DNA of 64,000 nucleotides. Origin: a virus. This document shows, one piece after another, positions 28,371-38,008 of the stretch. Location: positions 18,213 to 82,212 of IMG/VR virus record IMGVR_UViG_3300032331_003094; one strand, given 5' to 3'. The notes beneath the pieces were generated by a model. The model saw nothing but the letters and a program-made list of their open reading frames with translations. It did not search any database and was not told the DNA's origin. Within the stretch, counting starts at the first letter, position 1. Every line of letters starts with the position of its first letter. The translations under genes were made by a program, and so were the position numbers.

Positions 28371-28727
28371 ATGGCTCTCTCAACTGAACAACAACTCATT
28401 GCTCAAGCAATCGGCTACGAACCAATCACTGGTGAAGAAGCTGAACAACAGTTCGAACCAGAAGTTAACTACGATCCAAAAGACGGAGGTGTCCCAAAGC
28501 CTGGTAGCATCTACCAGAACAAGCGTGGGACCTACCGTTATTACTGGAAGCCAAGCGGCGGTAACTACACCGCCAAAGACAAAGTTGAACTCGAAGGTTG
28601 GTACGACATCCCGTGCCTCGAAGACCTCGAAGAGTGGAGCTTCGACTCGTACGCGTTCACGCCAGGTGAAGACGAAGTCGAACCAGACCATCCCGACTCT
28701 TGGCTTCGGTTGCTCTACTTGATTTGA
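28371..28727 (+). CDS. Acidic early protein
   Basis: 118 aa; ends TPGEDEVEPDHPDSWLRLLYLI. Confidence 0.65.
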   Translation: MALSTEQQLIAQAIGYEPITGEEAEQQFEPEVNYDPKDGGVPKPGSIYQNKRGTYRYYWKPSGGNYTAKDKVELEGWYDIPCLEDLEEWSFDSYAFTPGEDEVEPDHPDSWLRLLYLI

Positions 28728-28893
28728 TTAAATATCGGGGGAAGATCGGATAACTTCCGATTATGTACCAGGGATCTGACAAATAAGTATTGTCCATCCC
28801 CCCAAACCCCCGCAACAGCCACTACCAGGAATAATCTTCTATATATAGAAGTTATTTCTTTAATTACACTTCAATCATTCACCAACTAATCAC

Positions 28894-29145
28894 ATGACTA
28901 CTGCTGAATTACCTGATGATCTTAATGACTATTACAAGGATAAAGCTAGAGATTTACCAACACGTAAACGTAATAGTGTTGATGACTTGATGCATGTATT
29001 GGACTGTGCAGTCATCGATGCCTTAAACCATGGTGGTTCTAATGAAGCAATCCATGAGGCATTCGAAGCTGTGATCAATCATCCAGACAGCACCTGGTCA
29101 AGGGATGTCCTTAGCTATCGCATACGTCAAGTCCACTATCACTAA
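28894..29145 (+). CDS. Hypothetical protein
   Basis: 83 aa ORF after an A/C-rich leader. Confidence 0.6.
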   Translation: MTTAELPDDLNDYYKDKARDLPTRKRNSVDDLMHVLDCAVIDALNHGGSNEAIHEAFEAVINHPDSTWSRDVLSYRIRQVHYH

Positions 29146-29401
29146 CGTATACGGCAAGGTTAAGAACAGGTTGAGCATGGGATTGGTTCACATTAGAACC
29201 TTGGTCTGGTGCGGCCAGACATCCCATGCTTGATCCATCAACCTGAATGATGGAACCCAAAGTAAACGCAATCATTGACGAGGATGATTGCACCAGTGGC
29301 CACTGGGTCTTGCAAGACTCGGTCATCGTAACATTTGTTACATGCTCATGGCCACTGCTTGACAACACTGTTAAACTAACCACGCACTCACATTCAAATC
29401 A

Positions 29402-29620
29402 ATGTCCAAACTTAATGACGCACCTAAGCCACGCATCCCTGATGCCGTGGATCAACGCAGGCTTGAAGCTATGCAATTAGTTGCAAAGATGAAAGAGTCT
29501 GCCGATAAGCACGGCATTGGATTTGTTGGTGGATTTATTACACCAGACGGAGAGAAGTTTGTTATGACCAATATGGATGACACTGATACCAAAGCACTCA
29601 TGCCGGAGGATCTTAAATGA
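29402..29620 (+). CDS. Hypothetical protein
   Basis: 72 aa, ATGA overlap with next gene. Confidence 0.65.
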   Translation: MSKLNDAPKPRIPDAVDQRRLEAMQLVAKMKESADKHGIGFVGGFITPDGEKFVMTNMDDTDTKALMPEDLK

Positions 29621-29814
29621 CTAAGAAATCTATTGTTAACTTTGATAAAACAATCTGTGGTATCAACATCACAGAACGTGGTATCAAATCGTTTACCAAA
29701 TCAATCAAGCTTGGACCGTTTCAACTAACGTTGAACGCCCGTGACTCCGGTATCCGTGGATCGATTTCGATCCCGGGCACTGGGTTGTCCAAGCGCAACA
29801 TTCGACTATTCTGA
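29617..29814 (+). CDS. DUF4236-like small basic protein
   Basis: SIKLGPFQLTLN...SISIPGTGLS. Confidence 0.55.
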   Translation: MTKKSIVNFDKTICGINITERGIKSFTKSIKLGPFQLTLNARDSGIRGSISIPGTGLSKRNIRLF

Positions 29815-30025
29815 ACTAACTCACATGAACTCAACTGAATTCCGCAACATGATCATGGTCATGGACCAGTATGGTGGCTCGTTTGTGTCATCAATTGCAC
29901 AAGCTTTGCGCTTTGCAGATCCGGTCAATCGTCAACGGTTGATCGATGCATTCCCAGATCTTGTTGCAAAGTATGGTCCTAATACCAAGTTCACACAAAT
30001 CAAACAACCTGTGGAGGTTTAACTT

Positions 30026-30286
30026 ATGTCCGTACTAGCCGTTCACGACTTTCGTATAGCAGATGACTATTGCACAGTTGAAGCAGTGGTTGAAGATGCA
30101 GTTCTACTCCATCTCCCAATGGACTATGAACCTGCTGAATTTGGCCCTGGACTTTGTACAGCAAAGTTTAGTGTGGATCCAAAAGAATCAATCCCTGTTA
30201 ATGAAGCTGACTTCTGTAGCTATCTTGATTCACTCAATCTCGATTGGCGACTGGTCGAAGCTGATAACTCCGATCTAGACAATTGA
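30026..30286 (+). CDS. Acidic hypothetical protein
   Basis: GGAGG RBS, 86 aa. Confidence 0.65.
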   Translation: MSVLAVHDFRIADDYCTVEAVVEDAVLLHLPMDYEPAEFGPGLCTAKFSVDPKESIPVNEADFCSYLDSLNLDWRLVEADNSDLDN

Positions 30287-30346
30287 TTAACCGTCCTGAG
30301 CATGACGTTAAACTGCTCAACACTACTAACTCACTACGAATTTACT

Positions 30347-32173
30347 ATGCAGTTTCAGCTACCTACTAACTTGCAGATTGAGTTACTAGCTTACGATCCA
30401 ACGCTGAAGAAGTTGGCTCGCACTAATAACTCAAAGACCAAATCAACTAAGTCTAAGTTTCCACTGGGTCAACCTATTGACATCATCCCACAAGATGTGT
30501 TGCGCACATCGTTAGTGCAAGATGCCATTGATGCAATCAACAGTTGCCCAGTGCCACAACGTGTACATGAATTCAAACGCATGAATGGTTTTGCAAAGAC
30601 CATGACATGCGCTGTGTTGTATCACTATGAATCTTGTTGGTATGCCGCATGGCTGCCACCCAAGGGACAGGAACAGGATTATGTTTATGGTTATAGCTTT
30701 GCATACAAAGATAACAAGACTTCAAGGAACATGGTTCCATTCAAAGTTACAACTACGGAAGATACACAGATTGTTAAGTATGGTAGATCTGATTTTATTA
30801 CATACTCACGACTTGTAACCAAGCAAAATATCATTGATGGGAACAGCGGTCACAATTGGGTTTTGCCAAGTATTACTTGGGGCAAAGGTCAAGGCATTCG
30901 TGAAGTTATTCGACGCTTTGAAGAATCACTAAAGGAAACCATCCCTGTATGGGATGATGCCCGTGGTGGTATGTTTGCCAGGCTTAAGAATTCAAACTTT
31001 GTTTCATTACTTGAACTGGAAAACATCATTGATAAAGAGTTGAAGGATACATGGAAGCCATCAGTTGATAATTTGTTTCACATCATTGATGAGTCTGTAT
31101 TGTTTCCTAGTGATTATCATTATGGTGTTTATAGAAGCTACAAATGTATTCGTCACATCATTGACAAACCATTTTTTCGTAGATGGATTCAAACAAAGTG
31201 TGATGAAACCATAGAACGCTTGAGTGATAATGACAATCGCTCAGAGCGTTACGTTAAACAACCATGGAATCAAATTAAGCATTTGTTTCGCATGATGTTG
31301 TACATAAATAATATCTGGCCTGATTGTCCTATTGATTATTATCAAACACACATTGACAATCTATTGGCTATATATAATTTGCATTCCAATACAGATAACA
31401 CGCGTGTATCTACGTGGTTAAACAAGCATATGCCTGTTGCATCTTTCTTTACGATTGTAGAAAAAGTTGTAACAAATCCAGATAAAAGACTTGGTACTTG
31501 TACCACAGATTCTATGACTGGACTTAATCAATACTATATTTCAGATTGGGTTGATACTGTAAACATGCTTTGTGATATATTGGCTGACAAAGAATCTAAG
31601 AATGAAACGTTAGCGCCACCAAAACGGTGGAGACTAACTGAGTTTCATGATTACATCCAAGGTGAAGCTTGGAAGGTTAAACATGTCAACAATGCATTAC
31701 CTCAGGATTTGTTCCCTGAACCTATCAAGGTACAAGTTGAACATACAGAAAAAGTAAATGCAACGTCAACATCTGACAAAATGATTTACAACATTAACGA
31801 CAATTTAAATTATGGTAGACCAATCCTTGATCTTATAGATGGTCATTATAAAACAACACCAGTTAACTATACATTTTTCCAACCTATTGATACCCATCAA
31901 CTGGCGGCATGGGGCCAGGCTGTACGCAACTGCGTTGGTAATGCATCCAACTATGCAGATGGTGTACGCAAGAAGAAACATTTCATTGTCTTAGCAATGC
32001 TTGACAACAAGCCAACGTTTACTATCCAATTGGAAGTCGACATGGGCATGATGTCCGTCAAACAGATTGTTGGCATATCAAATGCCAGGCTTACCAGTGA
32101 CCAAAAAGATTCCTACACCAAAGCTTTTTCGCAAGCGTTGAAGCTTCAAGAATCTAAGCTACAATCTGCGTAG
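30347..32173 (+). CDS. PcfJ-like domain protein
   Basis: LTEFHD...QLAAWGQAVRNCVG..Y...FTIQL...VKQIVGISN. Confidence 0.7.
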   Translation: MQFQLPTNLQIELLAYDPTLKKLARTNNSKTKSTKSKFPLGQPIDIIPQDVLRTSLVQDAIDAINSCPVPQRVHEFKRMNGFAKTMTCAVLYHYESCWYAAWLPPKGQEQDYVYGYSFAYKDNKTSRNMVPFKVTTTEDTQIVKYGRSDFITYSRLVTKQNIIDGNSGHNWVLPSITWGKGQGIREVIRRFEESLKETIPVWDDARGGMFARLKNSNFVSLLELENIIDKELKDTWKPSVDNLFHIIDESVLFPSDYHYGVYRSYKCIRHIIDKPFFRRWIQTKCDETIERLSDNDNRSERYVKQPWNQIKHLFRMMLYINNIWPDCPIDYYQTHIDNLLAIYNLHSNTDNTRVSTWLNKHMPVASFFTIVEKVVTNPDKRLGTCTTDSMTGLNQYYISDWVDTVNMLCDILADKESKNETLAPPKRWRLTEFHDYIQGEAWKVKHVNNALPQDLFPEPIKVQVEHTEKVNATSTSDKMIYNINDNLNYGRPILDLIDGHYKTTPVNYTFFQPIDTHQLAAWGQAVRNCVGNASNYADGVRKKKHFIVLAMLDNKPTFTIQLEVDMGMMSVKQIVGISNARLTSDQKDSYTKAFSQALKLQESKLQSA

Positions 32174-32223
32174 TCCCCACAGACTTGCCAGCCTTAGCCT
32201 CGTAACTAGGGCTGGCACCAATC

Positions 32224-32442
32224 ATGACTGACTACACTGATGAGCAACTACTTGCTATGGCCATGGCCAATCTTGGTGAGTACATTCATGACAACTCACC
32301 GCATTACGTTTTAATGCAAAATGATCCTCGCAACGAGGATGACTACGATAGTTGGCAGTACGGAATGGAAGTATTGCCTCATGATCACACTTGGCAACAC
32401 ACATCTATTGATGTGAGTGTAAGTCCAAGTGAGCCCGAGTAG
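32224..32442 (+). CDS. Small acidic protein
   Basis: 72 aa; 3' end overlaps the tRNA. Confidence 0.55.
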   Translation: MTDYTDEQLLAMAMANLGEYIHDNSPHYVLMQNDPRNEDDYDSWQYGMEVLPHDHTWQHTSIDVSVSPSEPE

Positions 32443-32508
32443 CCCAGCGGAAGAGGCAAACGACTTAAAATCGTTCCAGCGTGAGTTCGAATCTCACCTC
32501 GGGTACCA
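32433..32508 (+). tRNA. trnL: tRNA-Leu(UAA), CCA encoded, short variable loop
   Basis: Acceptor GCCCGAG/CTCGGGT, anticodon arm AACGA-CTTAAAA-TCGTT, T arm GTGAG-TTCGAAT-CTCAC, ACCA end. Confidence 0.92.
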
Positions 32509-32530
32509 ATTTTAAAACACAAATCAAATC

Positions 32531-32833
32531 ATGTATTACGCTTTGCCAACCTATTGTCCAGAACATCCCGCAGATCCATTTACTCCTAAAGCAAGTGGTG
32601 CTGTAAAAACAACAAGAGAACAAAGAATGTATGTATATCGACAACGTAAGAAAGGTAAAACATACAAAGAATTAGCTAGCAAGGTTAGCCTTACTACTCA
32701 AGGAGCAATTAATGTATGTAAAAGAATAGATCGAAAAATTGAATGGTTAAAACATGCAATAAGAAATGAATACAAAGCAGCTAAAAGATTGAACCTTAGT
32801 ATATGGGAATATAGAAAAGCTTATACACAATAA
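32531..32833 (+). CDS. HTH DNA-binding protein
   Basis: RKKGKTYKELASKVSLTTQGAINVCKR. Confidence 0.6.
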   Translation: MYYALPTYCPEHPADPFTPKASGAVKTTREQRMYVYRQRKKGKTYKELASKVSLTTQGAINVCKRIDRKIEWLKHAIRNEYKAAKRLNLSIWEYRKAYTQ

Positions 32834-32896
32834 ATAACTGGGCATTGTTTACATGTAAGTCCCAGCTTTAACAACAACTAACACACATTTAATTCA

Positions 32897-33259
32897 ATGG
32901 AAATTCTTGCTTGTTTCAAACATCTAATTCCAACTGTACATGCTTATCAAGATGATGAGCAACGTTACAACCTGGGTGCTACATGGACTGCTGCCGATGG
33001 CTTGCAGGATTACCACAACATCGAACTTAAGTACGTTCGTAACTCAGAACGTCTTGCTCTCCAAGGTGATCCACAACCTGATGGCAGCTGGAAGTATGTA
33101 GAAGCTAATGGCACCGTTCATACCATCACGGCTGAACGCGCCAATAACTTCATGAAGACAACCAGTGACCATGCTACGCTGATGTGTCAGATGCTGGACC
33201 GCCTGCAACAAGCAGGAATCACCGGTCCAACAGTTGACACCCAAGCGTCGGCTGCTTAA
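32897..33259 (+). CDS. Hypothetical protein
   Basis: 120 aa ORF followed by a terminator. Confidence 0.65.
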   Translation: MEILACFKHLIPTVHAYQDDEQRYNLGATWTAADGLQDYHNIELKYVRNSERLALQGDPQPDGSWKYVEANGTVHTITAERANNFMKTTSDHATLMCQMLDRLQQAGITGPTVDTQASAA

Positions 33260-33280
33260 ACTACCAACGGAATGTCTGCG

Positions 33281-33306
33281 GAGCCTGGCGCAAGCTGGGC
33301 TCTTTT
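33281..33306 (+). terminator. Rho-independent terminator
   Basis: GAGCCTGGC-GCAA-GCTGGGCTC followed by a T run. Confidence 0.7.
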
Positions 33307-33309
33307 CTT

Positions 33310-33648
33310 ATGACTAACACTGATCAAACCAATCAAGTTGACCAAGCTGTTGTGGATGAAGTTGTAAGACGGATTCCAGAACATACTTGGGATGATGTTA
33401 AAGCAACATTGATTACACACATTGTGGATTCAATGCCAAGTGACGTTATGCTTCGGCTGACTAATGATCCGGAAGGATTTGAAGAAGCTGAAAACATTTT
33501 GTATAACTACTATGAAGATCCTAAGCGTCATTGGAATTTAATCAATGATGCATTCCAATTGTTTGGTGATGAATATGTCTTAGTGCTACTTGATTCAATG
33601 CAACTTGACAAAATTCAAAATGCAAACACTGACTCTCAATTGCCCTGA
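33310..33648 (+). CDS. Acidic hypothetical protein
   Basis: 112 aa ORF. Confidence 0.6.
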   Translation: MTNTDQTNQVDQAVVDEVVRRIPEHTWDDVKATLITHIVDSMPSDVMLRLTNDPEGFEEAENILYNYYEDPKRHWNLINDAFQLFGDEYVLVLLDSMQLDKIQNANTDSQLP

Positions 33649-34102
33649 CTGTAACAAAATCAATCCATTACTTCTTGAATCACGAATGACAGTTCGTGGT
33701 GTAAGACGTAGGCGTTATGAATGTAAAGGGTGTCGTCATCGTTGGACTTTGTTTACCAAAGAAAACGAGGGGCGCCCTTACAAACCAAATGGATGGGATG
33801 TCTACAAGGGAAGGATGGATGAATGGCGTTCATTATCAAGAACGCAAGCTAAAGCAATAATATTATCTAATAAACCACAACGTGAACTTGCTGAAGATTA
33901 TGGTATCTCACGTCAAGCAATTTCATTAATTCAAACCGGTAGGATCTATAAAGATATTTATGAAGAAATACATCCACCGCGCACAGGTCCAATGATTTAT
34001 TGTGCCAGTTGTACACACTGGAGTCGTGATCGTTGTGGTTTTGAATTTCCAGATGCTGGTGATACCTTTGCCACTGAGTGTTCTGTTTACCAATCTAAAT
34101 AA
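33620..34102 (+). CDS. NrdR-like Zn-ribbon + HTH protein
   Basis: CPDC...ESR...RRRRYECKGCRHRWT; QRELAEDYGISRQAISLI; C-terminal Cys cluster. Confidence 0.65.
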   Translation: MQTLTLNCPDCNKINPLLLESRMTVRGVRRRRYECKGCRHRWTLFTKENEGRPYKPNGWDVYKGRMDEWRSLSRTQAKAIILSNKPQRELAEDYGISRQAISLIQTGRIYKDIYEEIHPPRTGPMIYCASCTHWSRDRCGFEFPDAGDTFATECSVYQSK

Positions 34103-34104
34103 CA

Positions 34105-34407
34105 ATGAATTATGAACGGCTTGCTGTGATGAAACGCGTTAACAAAACGTTTCGTGAAACGGAACTATTGAATGAACCACCTGTCGTTCATCCCTTAATT
34201 GAAAAAGTTGCACGCGCTATTAGCGATTGGCAATCTGAACGAGACTGGTTGTTTCATACCGACCAGGCTATTCGTGTTATCGAAACCATTGCCGAACAAC
34301 TTGGCAAAGAAGGTTATGATATGCCACAAGATTATTTGCGTCGTGCAATTTGGAAAGAAGAACCCAAGCCCAGGCAATCAGGCATAAAGGGTGGGGCCAC
34401 ACCGTGA
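34105..34407 (+). CDS. Hypothetical protein
   Basis: 100 aa ORF. Confidence 0.55.
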   Translation: MNYERLAVMKRVNKTFRETELLNEPPVVHPLIEKVARAISDWQSERDWLFHTDQAIRVIETIAEQLGKEGYDMPQDYLRRAIWKEEPKPRQSGIKGGATP

Positions 34408-34596
34408 TCAGTGGCATGGCCCTTCAGTTACCAATCAGAGGAGACAGCAAAAACTCTGATTCCCTTGGATAATGAGGCTGACGCTGTCCTTCTTCGCCTC
34501 ATTAATACTGTAATACAAATAGCTATTCCCGTACGGGATTATGGACCTGAGATGTCCTAAAACTCATTCATTAATTTAACTTATCATTCAACTCAA

Positions 34597-35379
34597 ATGA
34601 AATTACTCAAGTTTTCAACTGGCAATGCCAAGCTTGTTAAACGTTTAATCTTTTCGTTGCCAGCTGGATATTCATGTCCACATGCTGGCGTTTGTAAAAC
34701 ATTTGCAGATCGAACCACTGGTGAAATTACTGATCTACCTCAACGCAATGGGACTATTGCTCCTGAGTTTCGTTGTTTTGCAGCCATGTCAGAAGTTAGA
34801 CCTAATGTGCGGGAAGCTCGTTGGCATAACTGGGACTTGCTGCGTGAAGTAATCTACTCAACTGATTCCGATACCAAAAAACAATTACAAGCTTTAACAG
34901 AACTTATTGAACTATCCATTGCTGTACAACCTGCCAGGGACTTGGTTCGTATTCATGAATCAGGTGATTACTGGACTGAGTTGTACATGCATGCATGGGC
35001 CAATGCTGCCAGAAACTACAGCCGTATGACGTTTTACAGTTTCACCAAATCTTTAGGTATGTGGTACAACTTGCGCAAGGTTCTGCCAAAGAACATGTAT
35101 CTAACTGCATCATATGGCGGTGTGCTTGACGCAATGATTACCAAATATCCCAGGACATTCAAACGTTCTGCTCGTGTTGTGTACACAGAACAAGAAGCAG
35201 CTGACCTTGGTCTTGAGATTGATCACGATGACAGTCACTGCTTGGGTGACAAGCCATTTGCACTATTGGTGCATGGCAGCCAACGTGCTGATTCTGCTGC
35301 ATCCAAGGCGTTGTCTCAACGCAAGAAGGAAGGTGGATTTGTTGGATACAACAAAGCAAACCAAAAGGTTGCGTTGTGA
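34597..35379 (+). CDS. GP88-family protein
   Basis: GNAKL...FSLPAGYSCP...C...CFA...VRIHESGD...FYSFTK...LTASYGG. Confidence 0.7.
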   Translation: MKLLKFSTGNAKLVKRLIFSLPAGYSCPHAGVCKTFADRTTGEITDLPQRNGTIAPEFRCFAAMSEVRPNVREARWHNWDLLREVIYSTDSDTKKQLQALTELIELSIAVQPARDLVRIHESGDYWTELYMHAWANAARNYSRMTFYSFTKSLGMWYNLRKVLPKNMYLTASYGGVLDAMITKYPRTFKRSARVVYTEQEAADLGLEIDHDDSHCLGDKPFALLVHGSQRADSAASKALSQRKKEGGFVGYNKANQKVAL

Positions 35380-35628
35380 ATTAAATGCAGTAGCATTTGA
35401 CCGTCTTCCACAAGATTATGTCTTACGTTATTGCAACCTATAAAGATGGTCGGCCATATGCTGTTCAAGCATGTGGCCAAACCAATTCATTCCAGCTTGT
35501 TGCGTTAGACTCTGACGTAGCATTAAACAAGATTTTTTCACATCCCTACAGGGCTGGTGCATTTCAAATCTTGTCATGGATTGAAAAGAATGACCACGAA
35601 CTTGCTAGTGAAGAACTCGATGTTTACG

Positions 35629-37452
35629 ATGAAGCCAAATTCCGCAAATGAATCTTGGCTTACATTCGACATCGAGACCGATGGACTGTATGATCAAGCC
35701 ACCAAAATTCATTGCATTGTTATTTATGATGTCAACCGCCAACTCACTTCTAGCTACGGGCCTGATCGCATTGGGGATGCTATTGAGCATCTGCGTAGTG
35801 CTGATGTTCTTATTGGCCACAACATTCTCTTTTACGACATCCCTGTAATTCAAAAATTAACGCAAGCAATTTTTAATGCACGTGTTATTGACACGCTCAT
35901 TTGTACCAGATTGATCTGGCCCAAAGAATTACTCTATGAACTTGACACTGAACAATATCCGCAGGTTCCATCGAAGCTACGTGGTTCTGCCGGACTCAAA
36001 GCATGGGGCTATCGACTGGCTGACAACAAAATTGAATTCAAAGACTTCTCAGAATATTCCCAAGAAATGTTGGACTACTGCATCCAAGATGTGGAAGTCA
36101 CCAAAAAATTATGGGAACACATTGTTAAACAAAACTATGCACAGCCGTCGCTTAAGCTGGAGCATGACTTTGCTTTTGCAATTAATCGGCAAATTAGATC
36201 AGGTGTTCCTTTTGATTTGGATGCAGCTCTTGATCTGGTGGATGATCTCCGAGCAAAACAAACAGAACTTGAAACACAATTAAAAGAATTGTTCCCACCA
36301 ATTAAACAAGAGGAATGGTTTACACCCAAAGTAAATAATACTAAGCGTGGCTATGTCAAGGGTGTGCCATTTCGCAAGGTAATTGTCGAAGAGTTTAATC
36401 CTGGATCCAGGCAACAAATTGCTGATCGTTTACGCAACAAGTATGGATGGACTCCAGAAAAAACAACTGAAAAAGGCAATCCAGTTCTTGATGATGATGT
36501 ACTTGAAAAGTTACCGTATCCCGAAGCCAAAACGTTAGCAGAGTATATGCTAATTAAGAAACGTCTTGGACAAATTGCTGAAGGAAACAATGCTTGGACA
36601 AAGCTTGTTAATAATAATGATCTCCGTATGCACGGTGACGTTGTTACAAATGGTTGCATTACAGGCCGTTGCGCACATCGAAACCCCAACATGGGTCAAG
36701 TGCCCGCAGGATACTCGCCCTATGGAAAAGAATGCCGCTCGTTGTTCCATGCTCCTAACGGCTGGGACCTTATTGGTATTGACGCTAAAGCATTGGAGCT
36801 TCGTTGCCTCGCTGGATATCTTGCTTACTGGGATAATGGGGAATATGCTTCTCTTGTTATTAATCCTGAAGTAGATATTCATACCTATAACCAACAACAG
36901 TTTGGTGTGGAAACCAGGGACATCAGCAAACGTTTGTTGTATGGAATGTTGTATGGCTGTGGTGCAGTTAAGGCTGGAACAATTATTGATCCTAATGAAA
37001 AGGATGAATATAAACTTAAAACCTTGGGGCGTAATGCTATTGATGGTTTTATGAAAGGTGTGCCAGCACTTAAGAAATTAAAACAACAAATTGATGAAGC
37101 AATTAGTGAACGCAATTACCTCATTGGTTTAGATCGACGTGCATTGCATTGCCGTTCTGCATTTAAAGGATTGAATGTTTTGTTGCAATCAGCTGGTGCC
37201 ATCATCATGAAGCAAGTCGTTGTAACCATTCATAACAACATTGAACAAAACCTTGGTTTGGTTTACGGCAAGGATTGGGAACAGCTTTTGATGGTTCATG
37301 ATGAAATAGAAATTGCATGTTATCCCGCATACACTGAGGCGGTTAAAGAACAAGCTATTATGGCTTTCCCCCAAGCTCAACAAGCTTTTAACTTCCGTTG
37401 TGAAATTGAAGGTGATGCAAAAGTTGGTTTTAATTGGTATGAGGTACACTAA
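35629..37452 (+). CDS. polA: DNA polymerase family A (T7-like) with 3'-5' exonuclease
   Basis: FDIETDG, IGHNI, DYCIQDV, TGRCAH.NPN, GIDAKALELR, SKRLLYGMLYG, MVHDE. Confidence 0.95.
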   Translation: MKPNSANESWLTFDIETDGLYDQATKIHCIVIYDVNRQLTSSYGPDRIGDAIEHLRSADVLIGHNILFYDIPVIQKLTQAIFNARVIDTLICTRLIWPKELLYELDTEQYPQVPSKLRGSAGLKAWGYRLADNKIEFKDFSEYSQEMLDYCIQDVEVTKKLWEHIVKQNYAQPSLKLEHDFAFAINRQIRSGVPFDLDAALDLVDDLRAKQTELETQLKELFPPIKQEEWFTPKVNNTKRGYVKGVPFRKVIVEEFNPGSRQQIADRLRNKYGWTPEKTTEKGNPVLDDDVLEKLPYPEAKTLAEYMLIKKRLGQIAEGNNAWTKLVNNNDLRMHGDVVTNGCITGRCAHRNPNMGQVPAGYSPYGKECRSLFHAPNGWDLIGIDAKALELRCLAGYLAYWDNGEYASLVINPEVDIHTYNQQQFGVETRDISKRLLYGMLYGCGAVKAGTIIDPNEKDEYKLKTLGRNAIDGFMKGVPALKKLKQQIDEAISERNYLIGLDRRALHCRSAFKGLNVLLQSAGAIIMKQVVVTIHNNIEQNLGLVYGKDWEQLLMVHDEIEIACYPAYTEAVKEQAIMAFPQAQQAFNFRCEIEGDAKVGFNWYEVH

Positions 37453-37959
37453 ATGGATTTTTTAAAATTAAAACCAATACCAAGCAAAAATGAATTGCAA
37501 GTTTTATTAAGATATGAAACAGAAACCGGGTTTTTATTTTGGAAAAAAACTAATAAAAGAGCCGGCAGTATGCCTAAATGTACTGATCTTAAACATTGTC
37601 AATACAGAAGAATAACGGTGTCTCGCGTTGGATATGTAGAACACAGAATTATTTATCAATTGCATTATGGTGACTTAACAACGCAAGATGCAATTGATCA
37701 TATTGATAGAGATAAAACAAATAACAAAATTGAAAACCTTAGAAAAGCTGATGTTTATTTAAACAATCAAAATCAAGGAGATAGAAAAAACAATACATCT
37801 GGATACAAAGGTGTTTCATGGTCAAAACAACGTCAACAATGGCGTGCCACAATAACCGTAAAGAATAAACATAAACACATTGGATTTTTTATTTGTAAAG
37901 AAAAAGCTTATGCGGCGTACTTGGATGCTCGCGTCAAGTACTATGGATTTGCTTGTTGA
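37453..37959 (+). CDS. Free-standing HNH-AP2 homing endonuclease
   Basis: EHRIIY...IDHIDRDKTNNKIENLR...NTSGYKGVSW...WRATI; AT-rich. Confidence 0.88.
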   Translation: MDFLKLKPIPSKNELQVLLRYETETGFLFWKKTNKRAGSMPKCTDLKHCQYRRITVSRVGYVEHRIIYQLHYGDLTTQDAIDHIDRDKTNNKIENLRKADVYLNNQNQGDRKNNTSGYKGVSWSKQRQQWRATITVKNKHKHIGFFICKEKAYAAYLDARVKYYGFAC

Positions 37960-38008
37960 CTCGTCCCAAGTAAGACGTTAAACTGCTTTCCACCAACCAT
38001 CGGAACCA

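Noticed and set aside
35629-37959. Intron or intein in the DNA polymerase or terminase
   Set aside because: Both are normal length with contiguous motifs; the HNH at 37453 follows the polymerase stop and no group I core is visible around it
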